Assembly: GCA_016839815.1 (NCBI GenBank)
Contig: JAEOTM010000097.1
Location: forward strand, 1-47,262
Reading direction: 5' to 3'
Length of the DNA: 47,262 bases
DNA from: Candidatus Hodarchaeota archaeon
GTDB taxonomy: Archaea > Asgardarchaeota > Heimdallarchaeia > Hodarchaeales > Hodarchaeaceae
The notes under the pieces are model-generated. The model was not told the DNA's origin. It worked only from the letters and a program-made list of their open reading frames with translations, and searched no databases. Positions 1-9,077 of this stretch are shown here, piece after piece. How positions within the stretch are numbered: position 1 is the first letter of the stretch; every line of letters begins with the position of its first letter. Position numbers and translations under genes: made by a program.

Positions 1-757
1 CATACGCAATTCCTACTGCTAATTCGAAAATAGTACAGCTGTGAATCATATCTCCAAAATCAATGATTCCAAAGGAAGGAGGAACTTCGACACCTTGATA
101 GCTTACAACAATATTGAAATCATTAGCATCATTGTGGATAATGCCTGTTCTATACATATCAATGAAGGGAAGAAATTCTGATTCTAATTGACCTAAGTAG
201 AAGTCTATGATCGTTCTCTTTTCCTGAATTTTTATGTACGCGTGATATTCTCTGATAGTTTTAACTGCGTGTTTGAGATCCCAATGAAATTCCCTGTGCG
301 CATGGGGATTCTCAAAAGAGTGTAAAGCAGCACTAATCTGGCCTAAAAAACATCCAAACTGGAATAAAAGTTTATCATTATGAGGTTTGACCTTCGCAAA
401 AACTTTACCAGGTAAATAAGTTAATAATCTGATGAAGTGTGGGAGTTGTCCATCTTTCTGATGAGTAGGAATAGCTTCATTTGCTTTTGAGTAGACAACT
501 CGTGGACAATTTATGTTAGGATTTATGGTAAGTAAATGTTCCATTGTTTGATTCTGAAGGATCAAAAGATTCTTCAATTCATTAGCATTGGCGATTTTAA
601 GTACAAATTGTCGGTTATTGGGAGCTGAAACCAGGAAATTTTGATCCCTCTCACTCGGAAGTTTAGTTAAGGTTCCAGAAATTCCATATAGTTCTTCTAC
701 AATTTGTAAAGCCTCAATGGAGGAATACTTCGGACGATCGAGAATCTTACTTGTCAA
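1..757 (-). CDS. Aminoglycoside phosphotransferase / hydroxylysine-kinase-like (APH superfamily) protein, 3' end runs off the window
   Basis: Not in the ORF track. My translation from TTG at 757 (GGAGAAG upstream) gives MTSKILDRPKYSSIEALQIVEELYGISGTLTKLPSERDQNFLV, later IIHNDANDFNI (catalytic HxDxxxxN) and GIIDFGD (Mg-binding). Confidence 0.85.
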   Translation of the reverse strand, partial: MTSKILDRPKYSSIEALQIVEELYGISGTLTKLPSERDQNFLVSAPNNRQFVLKIANANELKNLLILQNQTMEHLLTINPNINCPRVVYSKANEAIPTHQKDGQLPHFIRLLTYLPGKVFAKVKPHNDKLLFQFGCFLGQISAALHSFENPHAHREFHWDLKHAVKTIREYHAYIKIQEKRTIIDFYLGQLESEFLPFIDMYRTGIIHNDANDFNIVVSYQGVEVPPSFGIIDFGDMIHSCTIFELAVGIAY

Positions 758-839
758 TTTTTCTTCTCCTATTCTTACAGCTCTGTTAGATTCATATCTT
801 AAAAAGTTCAGCAATGATAATAATTTTTAAGATAAGGAG

Positions 840-1064
840 ATGAATTCAGTTCCTGAAATTCAAAGGTCGAATGAGAACATGTCAGGATCTGAAGATATTC
901 TAAAAAAGATGTATTCAGTCGACTTGGAACAAAAAAACGTTAGTAAAATCTTTCAAAATTCTGACATAAAAGCTATGCAAAGAAAAAATTTCGTAAAGAG
1001 ACGTTTGAGGGATGTGGCTATTGCAATAGTAGTCCTCTTTATCGTATTTATAATTTTAAATTAG
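840..1064 (+). CDS. Small tail-anchored membrane protein, hypothetical
   Basis: 74 aa; AAGGAG just upstream of ATG; basic patch KRRLR followed by a terminal hydrophobic helix VAIAIVVLFIVFIILN. Confidence 0.65.
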   Translation: MNSVPEIQRSNENMSGSEDILKKMYSVDLEQKNVSKIFQNSDIKAMQRKNFVKRRLRDVAIAIVVLFIVFIILN

Positions 1065-1075
1065 ACCTTTTGATA

Positions 1076-1675
1076 TTAATTCTTTTCTTTCTCTTTAAGA
1101 AGCTTATCAATCATATCCAGCAATTTCTGATTATGATTCTGAATAGTAAGGAGATGACGCTTAAATTCCTTTAGGTGGGTAACATCAGATTGTTCTAAGA
1201 TCTCTAAGAGTTCAGCTTTTGGAAGACGGAACATTGGAGGTGGAGGATGAGGGGCCTCTCCTGTTCGAGAAATAAAGCGCTGAGTCATGTTTTTTCGATG
1301 ATCTTCAATTTTCCTTGCAACAATGATCCCGAAAGGCGTTAAGCAGTATTGCTTAGGATTTCTGGAACTATCGTCTGAAGAAGTTTCAGAATCTGGGATA
1401 TGCTCAATAACTCCATCTTTTACAAGTTCTTTCAAAATGGGGTAAATCGAAGCAGTTTTTGGACTCCAATCTCCATGTGTCTCTCTATGAATTGCTTTAG
1501 CTAATTTGTATCCATGAAATGATTTATTATCACTATGTTGGTACAGTAGAAGATGTAAAATGAAGAATCTAAGGCTTCCTCGTCTATATCTATGAAACCA
1601 AGTATGAACTATCTGCTCTGCGCGATCTTCTAGCTTTTTATCAGTAGACAAGAGAAATACCTGCAATATTGACAT
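1076..1675 (-). CDS. PadR-family transcriptional regulator
   Basis: RGSLRFFILHLL...HGYKLAKAI...SIYPILKELVKDGVI...KQYCLTPFG matches the PadR winged helix; divergent from the ABC exporter pair. Confidence 0.9.
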   Translation of the reverse strand: MSILQVFLLSTDKKLEDRAEQIVHTWFHRYRRGSLRFFILHLLLYQHSDNKSFHGYKLAKAIHRETHGDWSPKTASIYPILKELVKDGVIEHIPDSETSSDDSSRNPKQYCLTPFGIIVARKIEDHRKNMTQRFISRTGEAPHPPPPMFRLPKAELLEILEQSDVTHLKEFKRHLLTIQNHNQKLLDMIDKLLKEKEKN

Positions 1676-1742
1676 ATGAAGGAAACCATTATATAGCTTT
1701 CCTTGTTATCCTGACTTAACAACGAAAACATATCTATGAGTT

Positions 1743-3554
1743 TTGTTTGTCATGCATGCCGCACAACCATCAACAATAGAATATCAAAGACCGGAAGAAG
1801 CACAACTTCCAACGAACAAGTATCGTTCAGCCACTCACTGGTATTTAAGCTTTCTCTGGCGAAGTCCCGGACTAGTTCTCCTCAGTTTTGCTGTTTCTTT
1901 GATTAGTACTCTACTTACGCTTGCCCCTAGTCTTCTACTTGGAATGGCGTTCGATGTTTTAAAAGATGAGGGATTTACCAGCACTTTCATCCTTATCTGT
2001 CTATCTATCATTGGAACTGCAATCCTGAACTTTGTTTTTACTTTTGTAACTAACTATTCATGGACTCTAGCGGCATTTCGCTTTGAACGTGATGCACGTC
2101 AGGAATTCTTTGATACAATTCAGAATCATAGTATGGGATTCCATGATTCCTTAGATAGTAGTAGCTTACTTTCTATGGCGATGAATGAAATTTCGCAGAT
2201 GAGAATGGGTGTGAATCCTTCTATGCGAATGATTTCAGCTTCTCTATTAAGTCTGATTTTCACTATGATTTTCTTCCTTAGCTTCAACTTCTCTTACTTC
2301 CTGATTTTGGCTATTGGGTTTCCTATCTATCTTTTCATGGTTGTGAGATATGCCTCCGTAATTGGACCCATAAGAGAGGAGCTAGCTCAACGTTTAGCTG
2401 TTGTTACTCGCGACTCTCAGGAAATCTTTCGGGGAATTGAGGTTGTTCGAAGTTTCAACCAAGAAAAACGCGAGAATGCACGTTTTATTAATGGTAGTAA
2501 TAGTTATGCTGACATTGTGACTAGAGAGGGACGTTTATCAGCATTCTTCTGGCCAGCACTTGTTCTCGTAGCTATAACTGCAATAATATTCGGTCTAGGA
2601 TTAACCAATCTTGCTAATGACCCTGATACTCTGGATCAGTTTATTTCATCCGTTTCTATTTTACTCTCACTACAATTCATGAATTTTATGCTTCCTATGT
2701 CAATTTTAAATGTCAGAGCAGGAAAAGCAAATGCTGATAGAATATGGGAAAAGATGACATGGGAAGATCCAGTACCTGACCTTGCCCAAGAAGGTGTACT
2801 TCCCAACTGGAATGGGGACATTGTTTTTGATCATGTTGATTTTCAATACGGACAGAATGCGAAATATGCTCTGAAGGACATTTCTATTACGATTCCCAAA
2901 GGTTCTCGTGTGGCAGTGATAGGTGGACCTGGTTCAGGAAAATCTACATTTCTTAAACTGCTATTAAGGTTATATGATCCATCATCTGGTACCATAACTA
3001 TTGGTGGAGTACCTATGATGGATATTCCAGCTAATGAAGTGAGAGAAGGAGTAACCATGGTAGAACAAGAAGTTTTTCTGTTTTCCGCTTCTGTTAAGGA
3101 AAATATTGCCTTTGCGAAAGCGAATGCAACCGAGGAGGAGATTCTTGAAGCTGCTAAGAATGCCCAGGCAGATGTATTTATCAATAAGTTACCTGAAAAA
3201 TTTGACACAACAATTGGTGAACGAGGATCTAAGCTTTCAGGCGGTCAAAGACAACGGATAGCTATTGCTAGAGCAATTTTAGCAGATCCCAAGGTCCTTT
3301 TATTGGATGATTCAGTTTCTGCGATTGATTCAAAAACTGAACTCTTACTACGTAGAGCCCTGGATAAGCTCATGGAAAATAGGACTTCTATTGTTGTCAC
3401 TCAGCGATTAAGAACCCTTCTAGAATCAGATTTCATTATTTTATTTGATAAGGGGGAAATTTCCGCAACAGGTACTCATAAACAGCTATTAGAAATTTCT
3501 GAACAGTACAAAACGATCTTTAAGGCTCTGCCAGAGATCGTAGGAGGCAAATAA
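1743..3554 (+). CDS. ABC exporter TMD-NBD half, degenerate-site subunit of a heterodimer (likely start ATG 1752)
   Basis: N-terminal TM domain, Walker A GGPGSGKS, signature LSGGQ, Walker B LLLDD (catalytic E to D), H-switch replaced by Q (VTQRL). Confidence 0.93.
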   Translation: MFVMHAAQPSTIEYQRPEEAQLPTNKYRSATHWYLSFLWRSPGLVLLSFAVSLISTLLTLAPSLLLGMAFDVLKDEGFTSTFILICLSIIGTAILNFVFTFVTNYSWTLAAFRFERDARQEFFDTIQNHSMGFHDSLDSSSLLSMAMNEISQMRMGVNPSMRMISASLLSLIFTMIFFLSFNFSYFLILAIGFPIYLFMVVRYASVIGPIREELAQRLAVVTRDSQEIFRGIEVVRSFNQEKRENARFINGSNSYADIVTREGRLSAFFWPALVLVAITAIIFGLGLTNLANDPDTLDQFISSVSILLSLQFMNFMLPMSILNVRAGKANADRIWEKMTWEDPVPDLAQEGVLPNWNGDIVFDHVDFQYGQNAKYALKDISITIPKGSRVAVIGGPGSGKSTFLKLLLRLYDPSSGTITIGGVPMMDIPANEVREGVTMVEQEVFLFSASVKENIAFAKANATEEEILEAAKNAQADVFINKLPEKFDTTIGERGSKLSGGQRQRIAIARAILADPKVLLLDDSVSAIDSKTELLLRRALDKLMENRTSIVVTQRLRTLLESDFIILFDKGEISATGTHKQLLEISEQYKTIFKALPEIVGGK

Positions 3555-3555
3555 A

Positions 3556-5544
3556 ATGGGCCATGGACGTGGACCTGGACGATTCTTGATGGAGTCTGGG
3601 AAAAAGACTCGGCCAACCAAACAATTATTAGGGAGACTTTGGGGGTATCTAAGAAAATTTAATTTTTGGATACTTGCTTCAGGCCTTTTGATTTTAGTTT
3701 CAACAGTTGGTGCAATGATATCTCCATTGTTAATTAGTTCGGGACTTGATGCTGCAGTAAAAAATATTTCTCCTAACCTTGAATTTTTAACCATGATCTT
3801 TTATGTATTTCTTATTTTATCATTAATCGTATGGTTCTCAAACGCTACAAATACTTACATATTGGCGAAAGTTAAAGCAAATATGTTACATGATGTTAGA
3901 AAGGATGTTTTCGATCATTTAGTTAAAGCTGATATGTCCTATCATAAAAAGGAACAATCTGGAAATGTTACCAGTCGAGTTACGAGTGATACAGATGAAT
4001 TAGCAACAGGATTAACGGTATTCTCTCAAGCTAGTTCAGAATTACTACTCACTCTTGGAACTTTTACTCTACTTCTATTGACTAGTTGGATTATTGCTGG
4101 AATCGCACTTCTTGCTATACCATTTGCATTCTTTCTTGCAATGTTCCTTGGTGGTTATGGAAGAAGAATTATGTATCGGACCAGGAAGAGCTATGGAGAG
4201 GTTTCTGGACAGATGGCTGAAAGCTTAGCTGGAGTTTCAATTGCGAAATCCTTCAATCGCGAGCAATGGTCTTCTTCAGTGCTCTATGATTTGAATATGA
4301 AAACATACGGTTATTTTAAACAGTTAGGTGCACTTTTCAACTTTCTATTCCCAGCAGTATCTGTTGTAAGTATGGTCCTTGTATCACTAGCGTTAATTGT
4401 AGGTGGTTGGCTGCCTGCCAGTGCGATTAGCGTTGGCCAAATCTACCTTGGAACAATATTAGTTCAACGTTTTTTGAGTCCTATTCTACACTTGTCTATG
4501 TATTATCCTCAATTACAATCTAGTTTAGCAGCAATGGACAGAGTGAGTGATGTACTTGAACAAAAACCGAAAGTAACTACTCCTCATGATGCAGTAGATG
4601 TTTCCTTGGATAATACCAGTATGAAGTTCGATAAGGTCACCTATGAATATGTAAAAGATACACCTGTCTTACAAGATGTTTCTTTCACCGTAAATCAAGG
4701 AGAAAAAATTGCGATTGTAGGACATACGGGAGCAGGAAAGACCACTCTTGCAGCTCTTATCACTAGGTTTTATGATCCAACCAGCGGGGAGATATTCATT
4801 GGTAATCAATCTCTTAGAGAGATTACACTAGAGAGTTTACAACGTGCGATAGGACTTATTCCTCAAGAACCATATCTTTTCGCTGATACTGTGTTAGAAA
4901 ATATCCGATACGGGAATCCAGAGATTTCTGATGGAGAAATCTTCGAATTATGTAAATTAATAGGCGCAGATGATTTTATTGATGCTCTCCCTGATGGGTA
5001 TGACACAATGCTTCAAGAAAGTGGTAAGGGGTTAAGCAGTGGACAAAGGCAAATGATAACTATTGCTAGAACGATGTTAGCTGATCCTAAGATTCTCGTG
5101 CTTGATGAAGCCACTTCTCGACTTGATGCTTATTCGGAGAGCCTTGTTCAATTAGCACAGCATGCCCTGTTTAAAGGACGAACTACATTTGTTATTGCAC
5201 ACCGTTTAACTACAATTCGTGACGTTGACCGTATTGCTGTTTTCGAAAAAGGGGTACTAGTTGAATTAGGTACGCATGAGGAATTATTAGCAAAAGAGGG
5301 CGTCTATTCAGAGTTATATTACACCTACTATAGTCATCAAGGGGTTGAAGACTTAAAGGATGTCCGAAAAGCTCCAGAGTTGAGCGTTTCTTCTACGACG
5401 TTTGCAGAAATAGCGAGTACTGAACCTTTAATGACGTCTATGCATGGTAATGTGAGTCCTGAACAACGTGAGCATGTGAGAAAACAATTTGAGAATATGA
5501 GCCCAGAGGAAAAGAAGAAACTCAGAGAAAAATTTCATCACTGA
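3556..5544 (+). CDS. ABC exporter TMD-NBD half, consensus-site subunit
   Basis: Walker A GHTGAGKT, LSSGQ, LVLDEATS, IAHRL; 1 bp after the partner gene, as in TM287/288- and TmrAB-type exporters. Confidence 0.93.
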   Translation: MGHGRGPGRFLMESGKKTRPTKQLLGRLWGYLRKFNFWILASGLLILVSTVGAMISPLLISSGLDAAVKNISPNLEFLTMIFYVFLILSLIVWFSNATNTYILAKVKANMLHDVRKDVFDHLVKADMSYHKKEQSGNVTSRVTSDTDELATGLTVFSQASSELLLTLGTFTLLLLTSWIIAGIALLAIPFAFFLAMFLGGYGRRIMYRTRKSYGEVSGQMAESLAGVSIAKSFNREQWSSSVLYDLNMKTYGYFKQLGALFNFLFPAVSVVSMVLVSLALIVGGWLPASAISVGQIYLGTILVQRFLSPILHLSMYYPQLQSSLAAMDRVSDVLEQKPKVTTPHDAVDVSLDNTSMKFDKVTYEYVKDTPVLQDVSFTVNQGEKIAIVGHTGAGKTTLAALITRFYDPTSGEIFIGNQSLREITLESLQRAIGLIPQEPYLFADTVLENIRYGNPEISDGEIFELCKLIGADDFIDALPDGYDTMLQESGKGLSSGQRQMITIARTMLADPKILVLDEATSRLDAYSESLVQLAQHALFKGRTTFVIAHRLTTIRDVDRIAVFEKGVLVELGTHEELLAKEGVYSELYYTYYSHQGVEDLKDVRKAPELSVSSTTFAEIASTEPLMTSMHGNVSPEQREHVRKQFENMSPEEKKKLREKFHH

Positions 5545-5697
5545 ACATCACTATATTATACTCTTATCTATCAATCAGGTCCTTTATTGAATATTACAGG
5601 TAGTTTCTTAAATCTCTAGCTAAATATTTATTAATTCGTCCTTTCTCAGCTTCGTTATTCAATTTTCTTTTGAAAATTGTAAAAATCATTTGAGGTT

Positions 5698-6081
5698 ATG
5701 TTAATGAGTGCAGAAGAACAATTACAAAAATATTCAAGTCGAATTACTCGGATGAGTACGGTTTTATTGATGATAGCTGTCGTAGCATATTTCCTTACTC
5801 TCTTATTTGGGGTAGAACCAGTGTATGAACTAGGTGTCCTTACTGGGGCAGATGCCTATATTCTAGGAATGGGTAATATAGGGGCAGAAAATCTGATTTA
5901 TCTTAAGGACATGGGCCCAGTCTTTGCTGTTTTTAATGCTGTTTTATGGGCAATCGTTCGACTTTGTGCAGGATTATCTTTCGCAGCAGTCTGTTTTGAT
6001 GAGTCCAAGAATATTTGGTTCCGAGTTATTTCGGTTGCTGCATTGATGTTGATCATCTTTGGCGGATTAAGATTAATGTAA
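5698..6081 (+). CDS. Small membrane protein (about 3 TM), hypothetical
   Basis: 127 aa with three hydrophobic segments; GAGGT upstream; U-rich tract downstream. Confidence 0.75.
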   Translation: MLMSAEEQLQKYSSRITRMSTVLLMIAVVAYFLTLLFGVEPVYELGVLTGADAYILGMGNIGAENLIYLKDMGPVFAVFNAVLWAIVRLCAGLSFAAVCFDESKNIWFRVISVAALMLIIFGGLRLM

Positions 6082-6099
6082 GCTTCCAAGAAGCTTACA

Positions 6100-6116
6100 T
6101 CTCTTCTTTTTTTTCT
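6100..6116 (+). terminator. Putative oligo-T terminator between convergent genes
   Basis: Pyrimidine/T run (tctcttctttttttttc-like) just after the 5698..6081 stop. Confidence 0.35.
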
Positions 6117-6117
6117 C

Positions 6118-8565
6118 TCAACTTCCTTGTAGTTTAAAACCTTTGAATTGATACCTGATTTGGGTCCTAGGATTAAATCTATCCAAGATAATTTTTGTAA
6201 AGAAATCTTCCAGTGGTTGTTCTAATCTTTGATATTGGATAAATACTCCTTGACCGTTTTTGTTTACTGGGAATCCGTTTTTCCAATCATAAGCATAAGA
6301 GAGCTTTTTAATTCTCGGTAAAATTACATTTTCAACTTGATTAGATTTTTCGATTAGAATAAACTTATTTTTGGTGTGTTTCTTTTGGTTTATTGCCAAT
6401 ACGGCGTGAGCGGTTGTTCCTGATCCTGCAAAAAAGTCCATAATCATATGATTGTCAGCGGTTGCCAGTCGAACTATCCGTTCAATATAATCAACTGATT
6501 TCGGATAATCGTGAATATGAACCCCAAACAAGTCTCGTAATTGTTCTCTCCCTCGTTCGTTGCTTAATGAGCCTTCTATCCAAATTGATTTTTCATTGGT
6601 TGTCGCTGCCTTTCCTCCTTCATCTAAATAATTTCTCCTAAAGACCCGCCAAGCTCCCGTTGAAACTTTTTTTGATTCTAGTATTTCAAGATGTTCTGAA
6701 GTCTTTTCTTTACTCCATGTCCAACAATCATCAGTATTTCGACTGGTTTTTGGTAATATTTCAACAGGGTATTCTTCTGAAAAAGTCAAAGAAACTCGAT
6801 TAGATTTTGGATTTGTGTAAAAAGGATAGAAGAGATTAGGTCTATTACTTCGATTAAATCTTGGGTTTCGATTTCTAAGCTCAATTAAGCGGTATACTCG
6901 ACCTTTTTCATCAATTTTGTTAAATTTAGCTAGTTGTTCCTCATTTTTGGCGATTTTAAAGAGTGTATTTACATGCTCTTTATTGATAGCATAGATTAAG
7001 AGGTATTCATGCGTTTTTGCTAAATGTTTATCTAATGTACGTCCACGGGGGTTAGTTTGAACAATTATTGGTCCAATTGAGTTCTCCTCAAATATTTGAT
7101 CCAATAATAGTTTCAGATTGGCCATTTCATTGTCATCAATGCTTATGATAATCACTCCTTCTTCTGAAAGGAAAGTTTTTGCTACTTCTAGTCGGTTTCG
7201 AAGCATTACCATCCATTCATGACGAGAAAAGTTATCTTTATACATAAAATCTTCATTTCCAGTGTTATATGGGGGATCGATATAGATACATTTGATCTTG
7301 TTATGCCATAATGCTTGAAGGGAATTTAATGCGTACCAATTATCACTCTTGTATACATATCCGTCAAGAAGCTCCTCTAATGGAAGATTTGGCAAAGAAT
7401 CTAGTAGATCCTTTTTAAATTCTGAATTAAAAAACCGAGTATCTAGTGGAAATAATGGATGTCCGTTAGGGTTGTTTACTTGAGTTTCTATACTTTTAAA
7501 ATCGATCTTATACAGATTCATCCATTCATTCATCTGTTTTGCGTTAGAAAGTATTAATTGTAAGTTATTCGCAAGAAAGTCTCTACCTAGCCATTTTATT
7601 ATCTTGTCTAGGGATATTATATAGTCTGTTTGAGTAATTCTGCTTTTTTTTTCCCAGATTGAAATCAGGAGATTTTCGAAACCAACGAGTAGGTGACTCA
7701 TTTTCTTGAGGAAAGAGGTTTCAATAGACTTTATCTGATCTAAAGTTTCATGATCTACTTTTTTATTTATACCGAGGTGGTTTTTTCTTTGTACAAGTGT
7801 TTCTGTGACAGTAGAATGTGATTTCATCAGATATTTGTTATGATACTCACATAAATTCTTATATAAGATGACTGGCTCTTTTTTTTGGGTAAATAAATTG
7901 AGATGAAAAGATAATATACTCAAAGAAGAATTTGAGTGAGGATTTGGTTTGTAAGACTTTCCTTTTAGCAAATCGTTCAGTTTGTTTAAGATTTCAGCGT
8001 TTATTTGTTCTTGTTTCGGAAATTTACCAAATTTTGAGTCTTCAACTTTGTTAGGCGATCGGAACTGGAAAAATATTGTGATTAATGATTTGGATTGCTG
8101 GATGGGCTTCTTTGATAAGAAATAATACTTCTTTTTTCTTGAGTTTTTGATATTTTCATATGGATTTGACTCTTTCAATACAAAGAAGAAAGTTTCTTCC
8201 TGAACGATAAAGGCATGGGAGCAAGCTGGAATTTGATTACTCAGAAAAATTTCGTCTGGAGAAGGCCACCAAGCTACAGAATGATTCTTATACCTAAATT
8301 GCCTTTTTCGTGCCTGTTTGAGTTCTTCTATGATTTTTATGATGTTTTCATAGAAAATCGCTTTAATTTTAGTTACTTGTGATTGATTCTGGTGAGGAAG
8401 TGCTTGAAAAATTTCATGGAATTCATGGTCAAAGGTTTCCAGTATTTTCTGAATTTCTGAAAAGATATGTGTGTTAACTTGTTCATTTAACGCTCGTGGG
8501 TGAATGGGGAACAACGTCAAAATAAGTGAGTTAATTGATGCCTGAGGATTTTCTTGAGACATCAC
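6118..8565 (-). CDS. Amino (N6A/N4C) DNA methyltransferase, beta class, large type III Mod-like
   Basis: Motif IV IYIDPPYNTG precedes motif I DFFAGSGTT (beta order); YPKSV motif; N-terminal TDYIISLDKI and LDTRFF segments resemble large Mod subunits. Confidence 0.88.
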   Translation of the reverse strand: MMSQENPQASINSLILTLFPIHPRALNEQVNTHIFSEIQKILETFDHEFHEIFQALPHQNQSQVTKIKAIFYENIIKIIEELKQARKRQFRYKNHSVAWWPSPDEIFLSNQIPACSHAFIVQEETFFFVLKESNPYENIKNSRKKKYYFLSKKPIQQSKSLITIFFQFRSPNKVEDSKFGKFPKQEQINAEILNKLNDLLKGKSYKPNPHSNSSLSILSFHLNLFTQKKEPVILYKNLCEYHNKYLMKSHSTVTETLVQRKNHLGINKKVDHETLDQIKSIETSFLKKMSHLLVGFENLLISIWEKKSRITQTDYIISLDKIIKWLGRDFLANNLQLILSNAKQMNEWMNLYKIDFKSIETQVNNPNGHPLFPLDTRFFNSEFKKDLLDSLPNLPLEELLDGYVYKSDNWYALNSLQALWHNKIKCIYIDPPYNTGNEDFMYKDNFSRHEWMVMLRNRLEVAKTFLSEEGVIIISIDDNEMANLKLLLDQIFEENSIGPIIVQTNPRGRTLDKHLAKTHEYLLIYAINKEHVNTLFKIAKNEEQLAKFNKIDEKGRVYRLIELRNRNPRFNRSNRPNLFYPFYTNPKSNRVSLTFSEEYPVEILPKTSRNTDDCWTWSKEKTSEHLEILESKKVSTGAWRVFRRNYLDEGGKAATTNEKSIWIEGSLSNERGREQLRDLFGVHIHDYPKSVDYIERIVRLATADNHMIMDFFAGSGTTAHAVLAINQKKHTKNKFILIEKSNQVENVILPRIKKLSYAYDWKNGFPVNKNGQGVFIQYQRLEQPLEDFFTKIILDRFNPRTQIRYQFKGFKLQGS

Positions 8566-8577
8566 AAACCCTAGTTC

Positions 8578-8832
8578 TCAATCGTTTACGAGATGTTTTA
8601 AGAATAGCGTTTCTAGTTGGGTTGGGGGAAGATAACGACCTGTAACAAGGATTTTACCATCTAATATTAAAGCGGGAGTAGTAAATACCCCTCTGTCAAC
8701 GATTTCATCCATATCAGTGATATGGACAATTGTTGCTTGCCAACCGAGTTTCTCAACTACTGTTTCAGCGCTTTTCGTCAAGGCCTCGCATTTTGAGCAA
8801 CCTCCACCTAAAATTTCGATTGTTCTTGTCAT
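8578..8832 (-). CDS. Small thioredoxin-like redox disulfide protein (MTH895 / Thioredoxin_3 type)
   Basis: From ATG 8832: MTRTIEILGGGCSKC...GVFTTPALILDGK, i.e. CxxC plus the cis-Pro TP motif. Confidence 0.88.
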   Translation of the reverse strand: MTRTIEILGGGCSKCEALTKSAETVVEKLGWQATIVHITDMDEIVDRGVFTTPALILDGKILVTGRYLPPTQLETLFLKHLVND

Positions 8833-8911
8833 TATTCTTCCTTCAGCGGGTGAATATGGAGTGATGTAGGTATTAAGGATTTTTACGATCAATCCTGTTT
8901 AGGATTACTTG

Positions 8912-8991
8912 TTGCTCGCTTGGGAATGATTCCATCATTAAGATCTAAAAATTAATGGATCTTTTTGGAGTCTACTATAACAAGCGAGCAA
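8912..8991. repeat. Long intergenic fold-back (nested inverted repeats)
   Basis: TTGCTCGCTTG (8912-8922) / CAAGCGAGCAA (8981-8991), perfect 11 bp, enclosing GATTCCA/TGGAGTC and AAGATCT/GGATCTT stems. Confidence 0.7.
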
Positions 8992-9077
8992 ATAGTCTAT
9001 TCAGTCAATGGATTAAAAAAGTTCTCAAGCGATGCAGAGAACATAATTTCTAATATTATTCAAAGGAGAATTAATTC

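Noticed and set aside
1230-1260. Polyproline HPPPP in PadR as a profilin/WW ligand
   Set aside because: Short Pro-rich linkers are common in PadR proteins and nothing else supports it.
2636-3794. Antisense ORFs inside the ABC genes, and similar short shadow ORFs elsewhere (5898, 9846, 11491, 12997, 13811, 16553, 19819, 23162, 24321, 24841, 25074, 25722, 26341, 29837, 31985, 32751, 34788, 37595, 38817, 41123, 41764, 42042, 44660, 46232)
   Set aside because: They overlap well-supported genes on the other strand and show no motifs.
8912-8991. Hairpin as a eukaryote-like SECIS (contains AUGA and an A-rich loop) or a canonical H/ACA guide
   Set aside because: No matching 3' GA for the SECIS quartet and no in-frame TGA selenoprotein nearby (the thioredoxin has CSKC); no clear K-turn, and pocket-to-ANA distance looks too long for H/ACA.
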